DNA of 41,383 nucleotides from NCBI RefSeq assembly GCF_004010195.1, contig NW_025215313.1, positions 49,618-91,000 on the forward strand, in the 5' to 3' direction. Numbering within the stretch: position 1 is the stretch's first letter; the number at the start of each line of letters is the position of its first letter. The translations under genes and the position numbers were made by a program. Shown here one piece after another: positions 1 through 11,335 of this stretch. The notes under the pieces are model-generated. The model was not told the origin of the DNA and ran no database searches. It worked only from the letters and a program-made list of their open reading frames with translations. The stretch is from Chiloscyllium plagiosum. Taxonomy: Eukaryota.

Positions 1-70
1 ACTGCAATGTACTGTACTGCACTGTAATGTACTGTACTGCTCTGTACTGCACTGTATTGCACTGTGCACT
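1..70. repeat. Degenerate pentanucleotide microsatellite (ACTGY)n
   Basis: actgc/actgt/aatgt/tctgt units repeated about 14 times; produces the spurious MYCTALYCT start of ORF 27..1190. Confidence 0.85.
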
Positions 71-1266
71 GGTGACGAAGGAGGTTGATGAGGGGATAGC
101 GGTAGATGTGGTATATATGGATTTTAGTAAGGCGTTTGATAAGGTTCCCCATGGTAGGCTACTGCAGAAAATACGGAGATATGGCATTGAGGGTGAGTTG
201 GAGGTTTGGATTAGGAATTGGCTGGATGGAAGAAGACAGAGGGTAGTAGTTGATGGCAAAGTTTCTTCATGGAGTGCCGTCACTAGCGGTGTTCCGCAAG
301 GATCTGTTTTGGGACCATTGCTGTTTGTCATTTTTATAAATGACCTGGAAGAGGGGTTAGAAGGTTGGGTGAGCAAGTTTGCGGATGATACGAAAGTCGG
401 AGGGGTTGTTGACAGTGAGGAAGGATGTGGCAGGTTACAGCAGGATATAGAGAGGCTGCAGAGCTGGGCAGAAAGGTGGCAAATGGAATTCAATGTAGCT
501 AAGTGTGATGTGATTCACTTTGGGAAGAATAACAAAAAGATGGGGTACTGGGCTAATGGTCGGATACTTGGTAGTGTGGATGAGCAGAGGGATCTTGGTG
601 TCCATGTACACAGATTTCTGAAAGTTGCCACCCAGGTAAATAGTGTGGTGAGGAAGGCATATGGCGTACTGGCTTTTATTGGTAGAGGAATTGAGTTCCG
701 GAGTACTGGGGTCATGTTGCAGTTGTATAAGACTCTGGTGCGGCCGCATCTGGAATATTGTGTGCAGTTTTGGTCGCCATACTATAGGAAGGATGTGGAG
801 GCACTGGAACGGGTGCAGAGGAGGTTTACCAGGATGTTGCCTGGTATGGAAGGAAGATCGTATGAGGATAGACTGAGACACTTGGGGCTGTTTTCATTAG
901 AGAAAAGAAGGTTTAGGGGTGACTTGATTGAGGTGTACAAGATGATTAGGGGGTTAGATAGGGTTGACAGTGTGAACCTTTTCCCGCGTATGGAGTCGGG
1001 TATTACAAGGGGGCATAGCTTTAAATTAAGGGGGGGGGGTAGATATAGGACTGAAGTTAGGGGTAGGTTCTTCACTCAGCGAGTCGTAAGTTCATGGAAT
1101 GCCCTGCCAGTAGCAGTGGTGGACTCTCCCTCTTTATGGGCATTTAAGCGGGCATTGGATAGGTATATGGAGGATAGTGGGTTAGTATAGGTTAGGTGGG
1201 CTTGGATCGGCTCAACATCGAGGGCCAAAGGGCCTGTACTGCGCTGTATTCTTCTATGTTCTATGT
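69..1266 (+). mobile_element. Young 5'-truncated CR1-type LINE (RT C-terminal part of ORF2 plus 3' UTR)
   Basis: Uninterrupted frame to 1190 with RT motifs VYMDFSKAFDKV, GVPQGSVLGPLLF, KFADDTK and the CR1 C-terminus (LVRPHLEYCVQFWSP, TRGH, FFTQRVV). Ends in a (TTCTATG)n tail at about 1253-1266. Confidence 0.95.
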
Positions 1267-2969
1267 AAAACCCTTAAACATTAATCAATTATTGTTTCTG
1301 AAGCCTTGTTTGGTGATTTAGATTGTCCACTTGGGAAGGATGCATCAGGTAAAGTATGGAATAGACTGAGAAGAAGCAAGTAAGGATGCAGAAACTTTCT
1401 ATCGAGAGGCTCAGCTTGTGGCTTTATGCAGCTCTGCACCCCACAGAAACTGCTTATAAAAGGCAGGACTTATTATCACAAATAATTTGAGGCAACATAT
1501 AAGTCCCTACAAGATCTGATTGCAAATCATCAGCAATGAATTAGGTGGATGTACATAGAGGGACAACAAGAGTTCTTAGTCCTGCTCTTCACTGTGGTTC
1601 ACAAAACAGGTCCGGGGTATCTACTCACAACCTCCAGTGAGCCAAGTACCAGGGCCAGTTGGAAAATCAATGCTTTAACTGCTGCTATATTGCTTAGGCT
1701 CCAATCTACGACATCCAATATCAAGAACAAAGAATGAATTTGAAAGAACTTTATTTTGACTAACAACATTGGTGTGATTTTCTCTCACACCACACCATTA
1801 TATATACTGAAAAGTCCACAGCTATGACACCCTAGCCAGAAGTGGCTTTTCTGAGGCAACTGCCTCTAAAGATGACAATAGGTATAAAATACATAAAACT
1901 ATCACATTTAATACTAAATAAATGACAGTAGATGTGTCAGAAATTGGGTAAGACCATTCAAATATTTTATGAATGTGGAAGATGTCCATCTTATGGTATA
2001 GCAGATGTCAAGGACACCTGAATCCTCACAGAACATATTTACAATTTTTGCAAAGGAATGATCTCAGTACTGTCACTGATTAAGAGTTTGAAGTTTATTA
2101 CTTCTGGCAACATCAGAGGTTCTATAAGAACTTTGACTGATGGTAATCTGCATCCTTGATTTGAGGTTGCCTCCCTTCTCTCCTATGGCCGTCTTGTTTC
2201 TGTGCTTGATGCAAGTTATCATGCCTGAAGAGGGTAATCTGTGGTCTCTGAGGAGCTGTCTTGTCATTTGTCTTCACATAATGGTGACAGATGAGAAGTG
2301 TTAACTGCAAGTATTGATCTAGATAATCGCAGACTAATAGAGTCAATGGAAATCAACACTTTTTTCTCTAGTTAGAAGATTTACATGGAGGGCCCAAGAT
2401 AGCTGTTTGGATCTCATCAATAATTTTCATTGAATCCAACAATGTAACAAATTAAAATATATTCACTATTCTGCATGCTATTAATCAATTCAGGTGGGAA
2501 AATGTTAAACAAGTTTGTCCTGTTGAACAATGCTTCAGTGATTTGTTTGATCTATCTGTGCAATAAAATTTGGCTTAGACTGCAGATGGCTCCTGTGGAG
2601 ACCAGAAAACACCAGGCAATATTGACCTTACATGTTACTAATAGTGCTTTCACTGTAATTGATGATAAATGCAGGTCTGTTTGTATTAGATGGCACACCT
2701 CTACTTAGCTACCTCTCAACTAAACCTTAGTCTCCAAGTACAGTTCTCCTCAAACATTCCTGGTAGCTCTGCCATTTCTGCTAAGATGAGCATGAGGTCG
2801 TGAAAGATGTAAGCATGCATTTATGTTCCATCATGACTTTCCTATCTGTTTCATCGAGCAAATAGTTTCATACACAAATGCAATTCTTTTAAAAAATGCA
2901 AACAATTGCAAATTAACAATTTGTAAGAATCCAGGATTAAGAAAACTTTTGCCATGCACATACGAATAG

Positions 2970-3290
2970 AAGATTAGATGAGATTCCCTACTGTGTGGAA
3001 ACAGGCCCTTTTGCCCAACCAGTCCACACCGACCCTCCGAAGAGTAACCCACCCAGACCCATTTCCCCTCTGATTAATGCACCTAACACTATGGACAATT
3101 TAGCATGACCAATTCACCTGACTTGCACATCTTTGGACTGTGGGAGAAAACCAGAGCACCCAGAGGGAACCCACACAGATACAGTGAGAACATGCAAACT
3201 CCACACAGTCAGTTGCCCGAATCTGGAATTGAACCTGGGACCCTGGTGCTGTGAGGCAGCAGTGCTAATCACTGAACCACTGTGCTTCCC
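2970..3290 (-). mobile_element. tRNA-derived SINE, HE1/V-SINE-like
   Basis: Reverse strand starts GGGAAGCACAGTGGTTCAGTGATTAGC (A box) ... GGTTCAATTCC (B box), has the TGTGTGGAGTTTGCATGTTCTC ... CCCACAGTCCAAAGATGTGCA core and a CR1-like tail. Homologous to 25019-25357. Confidence 0.85.
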
Positions 3291-4779
3291 CCAAAGCTGC
3301 CATATAGCTGTTGTTTCATTAGAAATACTGTGATCACCTCAATGGTTAAGATCATAAATACTGCAATCTTGCACATTGGTTAACAATCTAATGAATTTTA
3401 CGATTTCACAGTAACAGCAAGAATAGTTAATGGACAACAGGTAACATTATACAATGGGTGCACTGCTGGAGCAAGGACCTGGTTTCATTCGTATCTCAAA
3501 TTCACCATCTTGCTCATCTATTTTACTTGAGTAAATTCATTTTAATCAACTGGAATTTTTACACTTGTGACTTTAACAACTCATCCAATTTGTTTCATTA
3601 TTAAGTATGAATTAATTAGCAAATTGTTAACCTCAGCCACACCAAGTTAATGGATAATGTAGTATCTAAGAAAAGTAATGGGGTCTACATTTTATTACTG
3701 CAGATCAAGGGGACATATTTAAACATAGAAGCTAATATTTTGAAGCTGAAAATATTAAACTTGTAGTACTCATTAAAATTTAGTTTAAGGATATGTTTCA
3801 TGTGATTAATCATAATTCTGCTCAGAACAACCAGAATAAAGGGGTTACTTTAACACAAAATATCAATGCAGTAAATATGCATTTAGTGCGTTTGTGTCAG
3901 AAAATCTACCAGCTTTCCTTGAATGTAAAAAGCCTAAAGATATTTTGCTGAATCTAATCACACTGCTGTGTAGAGGACAGTTTCATGGACTTTAGCACAG
4001 CAGTGTCATTGTAAGCCGCAAGCCCAACAATCTGTGTTTTTGAAACAACTTTTTTTTAAGGCGCTTGCAATGAAACCACCTTGTTTTCATACATAGAATT
4101 TCATCATCAAACTACATAGGCTGGCAATAGACAATATAGAACAGAATAATGGCAAGAGTGCAACTGAAAGAGCCTAACTTGCTCAAGATTATTTTCCTTT
4201 CAGAACCTAAACGACATAACTTGAAGATAAGGTGGGTAATACATTTATTGCCACCCAGATACATAAATTTTAAACACTGAAACTGAACATTCTTCCTTTT
4301 ACATGAAAGTTAGTGCAACTTGAATAGCTTAATGTGTTCAACACACAAGCATTTAACATTAGAGAATAAACATAGCTTTATGCTTATGCAATATGGAAAA
4401 GGTTATATATTGAGAATTTCGTTTTTTTATATATATGCATCTAAAAACACTCTAGAATTTGGAAGTGTAAATGTTCAGCAGGAAGACACTCCCCAATACA
4501 GACCTAAAATGAGTGGAGTTCACAAAAGAAGTTGCCTGACTGAAACTGCAGCTGATTAATTCCAGCTGTTGTATCACGTCTGACAAGAGGCATCACTAAA
4601 CATCAGCCCTCCAGCATATTGAATGTCCAAATAAAACATATCCTCAATATCAAAAAGTGGTTTATGTTCATTGCCATTGCTGAAACAGAAGGTCTTAATA
4701 CATTTTGTCAATAAGTATTTCCCAAACTGCTTTCTGGTTTAAATATTTTTCGCAAAACACAACTGTCTTCAAATGCTTT

Positions 4780-5155
4780 TAATTCATCCACAGGATGTTG
4801 ATGTTGTTGATAATGCCAGCATATATTGCTCACCTCCAATTACCCTTGAGAAGATAGTGATGATCTGCCTTCTTTAATATAATTGAGTGCCGTTGCAGAG
4901 AGCAGTTAAGAGTCAACCACATAGCTGTGGGTCTGGAGTTATATATAGACCAGAGCAGGTAAATGAAGCAAATGAGGTTTTAACAACAGTCTGTTAGTTT
5001 CACATTCCCTGTTACTAATAGTAGATATTCAATCCATATATATTTAATTAATTGGACTCAAATTCCCAAAATGCCATGGCAGATTTAAACTGCCTCCAGT
5101 TCATTAGTCTGGTCCTCTTCTGGACTAGTCTAGTAACCAATATGCAGTTATACCC
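4780..5155 (-). mobile_element. Degenerate tRNA-derived SINE whose tail matches the second LINE family
   Basis: Shares GCAGTTAAGAGTCAACCACATAGCTGTGGGTCTGGAG with 17728-17990, and its tail (GCCAGCATATATTGC...CCTTGAGAAG) with 9283-9390 and 39920-40000. Confidence 0.6.
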
Positions 5156-5194
5156 ACTTGCAAGAGACAGAAACTTTTCAATGTGCAATTATAA

Positions 5195-5518
5195 TCAATT
5201 ATATGTTGCATAGGCAAATGCATCTATTCTGCACACAATATGATCTCCCAAATTACAATAAGAGAATGAATGAACATTTCATTAGCACTTAGTGGTCTCA
5301 GCTGAGGAAGGAATGTTGTCTCGGACACTAAGAAAATTCCTTGTTGTTTTTTCAAATGACACCATGAGATTTTAAACATTTACATGAATACTCTACAGTG
5401 AGCTTGGTATGAAGGATAGCACCTTCAAAAGTGCATCAGTCCTTTCATTATGGTGCTGGAGAGCACTGAACCTGCAAAATGCTGATTCAGAGGTGTTAAC
5501 AGCTGAGTGAAGCTGACT
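5195..5518 (-). mobile_element. Degenerate Deu-domain SINE (SacSINE1/AmnSINE1-like)
   Basis: Colinear similarity to the better preserved copy at 40789-41238 (GAGGAAGGAATGTTG, TTCAAATGACACCATGAGAT, GCACCTTCAAAAGTGCA, CTGATTCAGAG). Confidence 0.55.
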
Positions 5519-6629
5519 CTTCATAAGTATTGTCTTCTCTTTCAAAAAGGGTCAGGCTGGATTTTAACACCATGCGGGTGGATGTGCTTTGAATATGTAA
5601 ACATCTTGACTGCAATTCTGTAGACCAATGCACACCTCCCCCACTAAATCAGTAAAGCAGAAACAGAAAATGGTAAAGAATTATATGATTATATGGCCTT
5701 AGATGGTGGGGAGTTTTGAAAAAGTATCCAGCACTGCTAAAACTGACTGAACTAGGAAGATGGGTTCAGAAAAAGCTCCCATTATGATGAAATGTATTGC
5801 ACTTTTTACTTTTGCCAATACAGGTACAAGGTGATACAGTAATACTGTCATCACAGAAATGTAATTTTTTTTGTTCACAAATAATAGCATTTAGCATCTT
5901 CAGAAAATAAGAAAGAATAATTAGGTGGTGCCACTTTTGCAGATGCTGACAATGAATTGTCATTTGGATGGTGTTACAGTTCACTCAGGGAGTCCCATTT
6001 GCTGTGGTAACATATATTTTCCTATGTATTTGTATTCTATGGACAGTGTTTGAAGAAACTGAAAATATCTTTCCATCTCTTTCCAGAGATTTCGTCCAAT
6101 CTCATGCTTGTCATTAGTGTTTCTTGGAAGGATTTGCAAGTTGGTATGTAATCTGTTTTGCTGTGTTATGAATGCATCTTCCTTGACCATCAAGTCCTGG
6201 AATGAGTCTTGAATCTAGAACTTCTGGACACTACCCATTTATATAGAGACAAATGTTTAATCCAATGGGATCTAGAATTAGCTTTTGGTCAGTGTGCCCT
6301 ACTTCTAAGAGTTTGGAGCAAGTGGCATTAGGATGAAGTATTTAAAAGAAGGCGAAGATGAGATCTGCATAAATTGAAGGGGGCTGAAGTAAAATGGAAC
6401 ACTTTGGAATAAGCAGCTTAAAACAAAATTGGAGTGAATAATACATCGAGGGGAGTTAAGCAGAAGAAAAAGCGTTAACAAGGGAAGAGTCGGAAAATAA
6501 ATAAGGAAGGGAGAGGGAAGAGAGAAATTAAGGCTGAAAATTAGAGAGCATGGAGAAACGACAACGAGAGAGAACCAAGAAAGAGTCAGAGATGACAGCC
6601 AGAAACTGCAACACATCAGGAGGACAGGG

Positions 6630-6723
6630 AGAAAGATTGAAGAGCTTATGCTGGAAACGTCCACTCTCCTGCTCCTCACATGCTGCGCGACCGACTGCGC
6701 TTTTCCAGCACACACTTTTTGTC
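6630..6723 (+). mobile_element. Solo Penelope-like pLTR fragment with 14-bp flanking direct repeat
   Basis: GAAGAGCTTATGCTGGAAACGTCCACTCTCCTGCTCCTCACATGCTGC...TTCCAGCAC resembles the units at 23040-23181 and 30725-30836. Flanked by TCAGGAGGACAGGG at 6616-6629 and 6724-6737. Confidence 0.7.
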
Positions 6724-6786
6724 TCAGGAGGACAGGGGACACCAAATTGGCGGAGACAAAGCAAACATGAAGAGAGGCCAATGTGA

Positions 6787-6912
6787 AATTCTGCAGGTGC
6801 TGGAAATCTGAAATAAAACAGAAGGTGCTGGTGAAGCTCAGCACGTCCTGCAGCATCAGTGGAGAGAGAAACAGAGTCAACGTTCCGTGCCCAATGTGGG
6901 CTCTCCTTGAGT
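6787..6912 (-). mobile_element. Degenerate Penelope-like pLTR fragment
   Basis: TGCTGGAAATCTGAAATAAAACAGAAGGTGCTGGTGAAGCTCAGCA...CAGAGTCAACGTT is reverse-complement similar to 29757-29890. Confidence 0.7.
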
Positions 6913-7896
6913 TAATGCCCGCAAAGGAGACAGATGCTGGAAGAAAAGTACAACTTATTCCTGTTCCACAAACTTGGGGACGCAGCAACCAAACGGATCA
7001 ATCAGGTGAGGGGGGCAATGAAGGAGAAAACAGGAGGGAAACAGTTTACTGGATGAAAAATCAAACGATTTTAAAAGAAGCAGATTAGACCCTGAAACGA
7101 TTAGACTCTGGAACTAAAAAGGTCGAGGAAAGAATAAGGCAGGATGGGGGGGGGGGGGGGGCTTGCAACCAACATAAACTCCAGAGACGAATCATTCCTC
7201 CTGGTTTACAAAAGGAAGAGGCCAACACCGCTCCCGCCTTCTGGAAATCTGAGAAGTTTGAAAGATGAAATCAGCAGTGGGTTTTTCTTCCTGCGGCTCA
7301 GTGAGTGTCTGTGTGCGCGCACAGCGCTCCACTGGCTGAAACAGCACAAAATCCGAGCAGAATATTACAGCGCCGCATCTGTTCCCGTAGCAATTAGGGA
7401 ACCGAGCGGGCGGGGAGGTGCGGGGGGGGGGGAGTGTCCTTTTTGTATTAACCTCCCCGGAGCCGAGTGGACAGGACCCAGCCAACCATTGCTGACATCG
7501 AACGGAGGCCCGAAGAAGCTGAAGAGGAGGGAGAGGGATATCTGTCGTTGGAAAAGAAAATATGCAAAAAGTTGCAGTTGGGTTGATTGAATGGAAAGTT
7601 CACACAGCCCCGGCTCACAGGAAATACTGACGGACTGGAGATTTGCGTTTGACATGAGCTGAGAAACAACCGCTTCGGATGCAAACATTGTGGGGAAATA
7701 AAACAAAGAAAGAAAGGAATTCGGTTGACGGAATAGCATTTTTTTTTTCTGGATTTTTGTCAGTGACTGGATTGGAAAGTTGCCTCCAAGGTTGTATTGT
7801 TCATTGCAATGCTGTATTAGTGAGTGGCCGGAGGGAGCTCATTGACTTGGGGTCTGTCAGTGCGGACCGAGCTCCCGGGAGTGGTATCCCTCTGAG

Positions 7897-7911
7897 CAGC
7901 AGCAGCAGCAG
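7897..7911 (+). repeat. (CAG)5 trinucleotide repeat in the HUNK 5' UTR
   Basis: gag-cagcagcagcagcag-ccc ending 9 nt before the ATG. An in-frame TGA at 7843-7845 and no ATG in between make it untranslated in the main frame. Confidence 0.75.
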
Positions 7912-7920
7912 CCCGAAGCA

Positions 7921-8145
7921 ATGCCAGCCCCTGCGGGGGAGAGTTTGGACAATCCCTCCCTGGGAGATCTGCACATTTCCACCTCGGCCCTTCACCTTCC
8001 ACTTCCCGTCGCTCGCGTCTCCCGAGAGGCGATCCGGAATTTCCACCACACCAAGCGGGTTGGAAGTTACCTGATTGGGAGGAAGTTAGGCGAGGGATCT
8101 TTCGCCAAAGTTCGGGAAGGGTTACATGTCCTGACCGGGGAGAAG
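7921..8145 (+). CDS. HUNK: HUNK (hormonally up-regulated Neu-associated kinase) coding exon 1
   Basis: MPAPAGESL...RNFHHTKRVGSYLIGRKLGEGSFAKVREGLHVLTGEK matches the HUNK N-terminus and Gly-rich loop; donor AAG|GTAAGT at 8146; 225 nt, phase 0. Confidence 0.95.
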
Positions 8146-9282
8146 GTAAGTTCCCTCCGGCTCGCTTCTGTTTTTGAATTTTACCTTCACGCGTGTCAAT
8201 TGGCTGGAATACTGTAACGTTTATATTCCCCCCAAAATTGTGAATAATTTTACACATAATAAGCAGGATCGCCGGTGTTTTCAGATGCATCACAATGATG
8301 GTGCATTTCGATAATCCCCCCGGTCCACATTGCGTTGGGGATGCACACCAGGCATCTGGGAAGAAGGCGGTAAATTCAACCTCTGGTGTGCACCACTGCT
8401 CAAATGCTTCCTAATCCTCGATGGAAACCCTTGGCCCAAAGTTATGTGATGGACACTGATCAGAGACGTGTTACCATGCCAGGAAGAGCTATTCTCAGTG
8501 GGGTCTTCCCCTTTGAGTTACACATTTGGTCAGCAGTGCATTAAGCAGTGATGAGGACCCTCGGTCAGCGACCTGTAAATAGATTAGATAAACGTAACTG
8601 AAGTGAAAGGGCAGTTGACACTTTCAATAAGTTTTCTGGTTTTTTTTAGCAGAATCTGCACTGAATGAAACTCAAAACAATGTTTGTAAGTGAGTTTGTA
8701 TTCCAAGATGTGGTGATTGTCATTGCACATATCTTTTTATGAATTCTGTTTGTTTAACTTAAAACAAAGAATGCCAATGATTATATGGGGTTGCAGATAA
8801 CCTCTTCACGAATCCACTTAATTCAATGCCATTCAATCTCGTCCTTTCATTTGGGATATATATAGTTCTGTATATTTTTAGTTGAAGTCTAAATGAGCTA
8901 GAGTTATAATAAGTGTTCAATTCAAAATATGCATTTTGTGCAAAATCCAAAGCATTATTCAACTTAACTAAAAACTTCAACTCAGCTAAGATCATCCTGA
9001 TTATCCTGGTGAACTTCACCAGATTTTTTTAGTCAGCTTGGTGCTGGAAATGGAGAGTCAAACCAATGTGGGAAATGATCCCTGCAGTCTAAGTACATGT
9101 CTCTGACGTATCAGACAATGGGTATTCACTAGAATGCACAATCACACAACTGCAAAATGGCCTAATCTACTCTTCTAATGAACAAGGATAGCAAAGTATA
9201 CAATTGATTATAGAGGAAAGAAAACAGGGACACTTTGCTATTAAAATAGAAAACATGCAGCAGCTTTTGTTACAGTTATTTT

Positions 9283-9870
9283 TTAAATTCGTTCGGGGAT
9301 GTGGGCATTGCTGGATGGGCAAACATTTATTGCCCTTCTCTAATTGCCCCTGAGAAGGTGGTAGTGAACTGCCTTCTGGAACTGCTGCAGTCATTTGGTG
9401 TATGTGCTCACGCAATGCTGTTAGGAAGGGAGGTCAAGGACTTTAATGTAGTAACAGTGAACGAGCAGCAGTAGATTTCCAAGTCAGGTTGCTAAGTATC
9501 TTGGAAGAGAGCTTGCAGGTGGAAAGTGCTGTTACAGGTGTTTTGGTGAATTTCTGTAGTGCATCTGGTAGATGACACACAGTGCTGCCACTAAATATTG
9601 GTGATGGGGGAGTGAATATTTCAGAATGTGGTGCCAAATGACCAGGCTGCATTTTCCTGGATGATGTCAAGTTTCTTGAATGTTGTTAAAGCTGCACTCA
9701 TCCACACAAGTGGGGAATATTCCATCACACTCCTGACCTGAGCTTTATAGGTGATGACCAGGCCTTGGAGAATTAGGAGGTGAGTTACTCATGGTGGGTT
9801 TCCTAGTCCCTGACTTGCTTTTGTATCCAGAATATTTATATAGTTAGTCAGTTCAGTTTCTGGTCAATGA
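9283..9870 (-). mobile_element. 3' part of a second CR1/L2-superfamily LINE family, decayed
   Basis: Reverse-complement similar to 39150-40005 (GCAAACATTTATTGCCCTTCTCTAATTGCCCCTGAGAAGGTGGTAGTGAACTGCCTTCT...). Confidence 0.75.
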
Positions 9871-9884
9871 ATGGAATCTGTTGA

Positions 9885-10390
9885 AGACTGTCCATTGCTA
9901 TTCCTCTTCTCCACCTCCCTAACCTTCTGTCCTAATTCATTTGTGAAGGATGAAGCAGCAGATGAATCCCAAACTATCTGTCTTACCTGTGGCACTGACA
10001 TGTGAGTATCTGAGTTAGTGTATGGTCCTAATGAGCTCCGATACAGTGCACTCTTGAGGAGGAGTAGATGTTGCCCTCTAGCATCATCCCCTGTCACACT
10101 CTTGAAGGGCCTGTGAGAGAGTAAAGACAGGAATTAGATTTGTCAAAGTAAGAAGAAGTTTGTTTTAATAATATTTCCCTCTTTGCTGACATCAGGTCAA
10201 CATGAGTGAGAGCTGTATGCCATGTGATTGTGTGATATTTAATTCTGTTTACATGTAGCTGAGAGACTTCATGTTCCCAGCTCCAATGACTAAGCACATC
10301 ACCACCTGCCAATGCCCAGGACCTTCTCTGTAGTTATCAGTTGGACGATTGACATAGGATCATCTCTGCACCTTCCTGGTGTTCTCTACA
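9885..10390 (-). mobile_element. Possible decayed DNA-transposon (Harbinger-like) relic
   Basis: Weak: the reverse-strand peptide PYTNSDTHMSV resembles low-complexity segments I recall from shark Harbinger accessory ORFs. No TIR or catalytic motif seen. Confidence 0.25.
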
Positions 10391-10394
10391 CCAC

Positions 10395-11335
10395 GGTAAG
10401 GACAGAAGGAAGAGATCAGGAAACTATAGGTCAGTTTGTTTATCTCTGTCATTGGAAAATACTGGGATCAATTATTAAGGAAGTAGTAGTTGGAAATTTC
10501 AAAAAATAATAATATAATCAAACAGAGTCAACATTGTATTATGAAAGGGAGTTCATGTTTTACCATCTTCTTTTGAGAATGTAACAAGCAGCATGGGGTA
10601 CCAGTGGATGTATTGTCCAGTAGATGTAGCTTGTTCACTTATGCAGGAATAATAGTAAAGTAGAATATTGTTTAAATGGAGAGAAACTGTAGAATGCTGG
10701 GTTTCAAAGGATTTGAGTGCTCCACACATGAATTGAAACAAAATCACCATCAAATAAATCAGAAGACAAATGCAACAATGACCTTTCTTGCAAGAGGATG
10801 GAGTATAACAGTAAGGATATCTTCCTACACTGCGCAGGGAGTTGATGAGGTTGTATTTCTTATTTAAGCAGGGAGATTCTTGCGTGGGAGGCAAATCAGA
10901 GAATGTTCACCACATTGATTCCGAGGATGTCTAGTTTAATTTGTTCAGAAGAATGAGAGGTGATCTTATTAATGCATTAGATATTGAAAGAGCTTGACAG
11001 GGTAGATACTGAGAAGACATTTCCTTTCATGGGGGAAACTAGAACTAGGGAGTCGAGTATCAGAATAAACAAATTTTCATTTAAGACTGAGATGAGGAAG
11101 AATTTCTCCTCTTAGTAAGTCATTAATCTTTGCAATTCTCTTTCACAAGGAACTGATATGGAATCATGGAATATATTCATGCCTGAGTTAGACAGATTTT
11201 TGATCTACAAGGGAGTCAAGGGGCAGGCAGGAAAGTGGAGTTAAAGGCACAATCAAATCAGCAATGATCTTCCTGAATGGTAGAGCAAAGAGGCCAAGTG
11301 GCCTACTGCTATTCCTACTCCTCTTGTTCTTATTT
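10395..11335 (+). mobile_element. Decayed CR1 LINE with large internal deletions and 3' tail
   Basis: GGAAACTATAGGTCAGTT (GNYRPV), GAGAGGTGATCTTATT, AGAACTAGGG, GATGAGGAAGAATTTCT, and tail GGCCTACTGCTATTCCTACTCCTCTTGTTCTTAT. Confidence 0.8.

Larger units (their letters stand above)
7280..8340. promoter_or_regulatory. GC/CpG-rich promoter, 5' UTR and first-exon region of HUNK
   Basis: Marked CpG enrichment against an AT-rich, CpG-poor background; GC box GGGCGG at about 7408 and G-runs at 7408-7432, directly upstream of the HUNK ATG. The TSS cannot be placed from sequence alone. Confidence 0.7.

Noticed and set aside
1..70. CRISPR-like repeat array
   Set aside because: Simple 5-nt tandem repeat without spacers in eukaryotic DNA; no cas genes.
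27..1190. 387-aa ORF as a host gene or complete RT
   Set aside because: Its N-terminus comes from a microsatellite; the rest is a 5'-truncated CR1 ORF2 with no endonuclease domain.
1455..1463. TATAAAAGG TATA-box match
   Set aside because: About 6 kb from the HUNK CpG-rich region, with no supporting exon or CpG context; expected by chance in AT-rich DNA.
2073..2346. Overlapping minus-strand ORFs as an exon of a neighbouring gene
   Set aside because: No recognisable protein motif or convincing splice-site pair.
2970..3290. Functional tRNA gene
   Set aside because: A/B boxes belong to a SINE head followed by SINE core and LINE-like tail; no full cloverleaf.
6305..6988. 227-aa hydrophobic minus-strand ORF
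   Set aside because: Antisense of purine-rich low-complexity sequence plus pLTR fragments; the Leu/Phe/Ser bias is compositional.
7144..7739. Several 78-148-aa ORFs in the promoter region
   Set aside because: GC-rich sequence depleted of stop codons; no known domain; not in a spliceable frame with HUNK.
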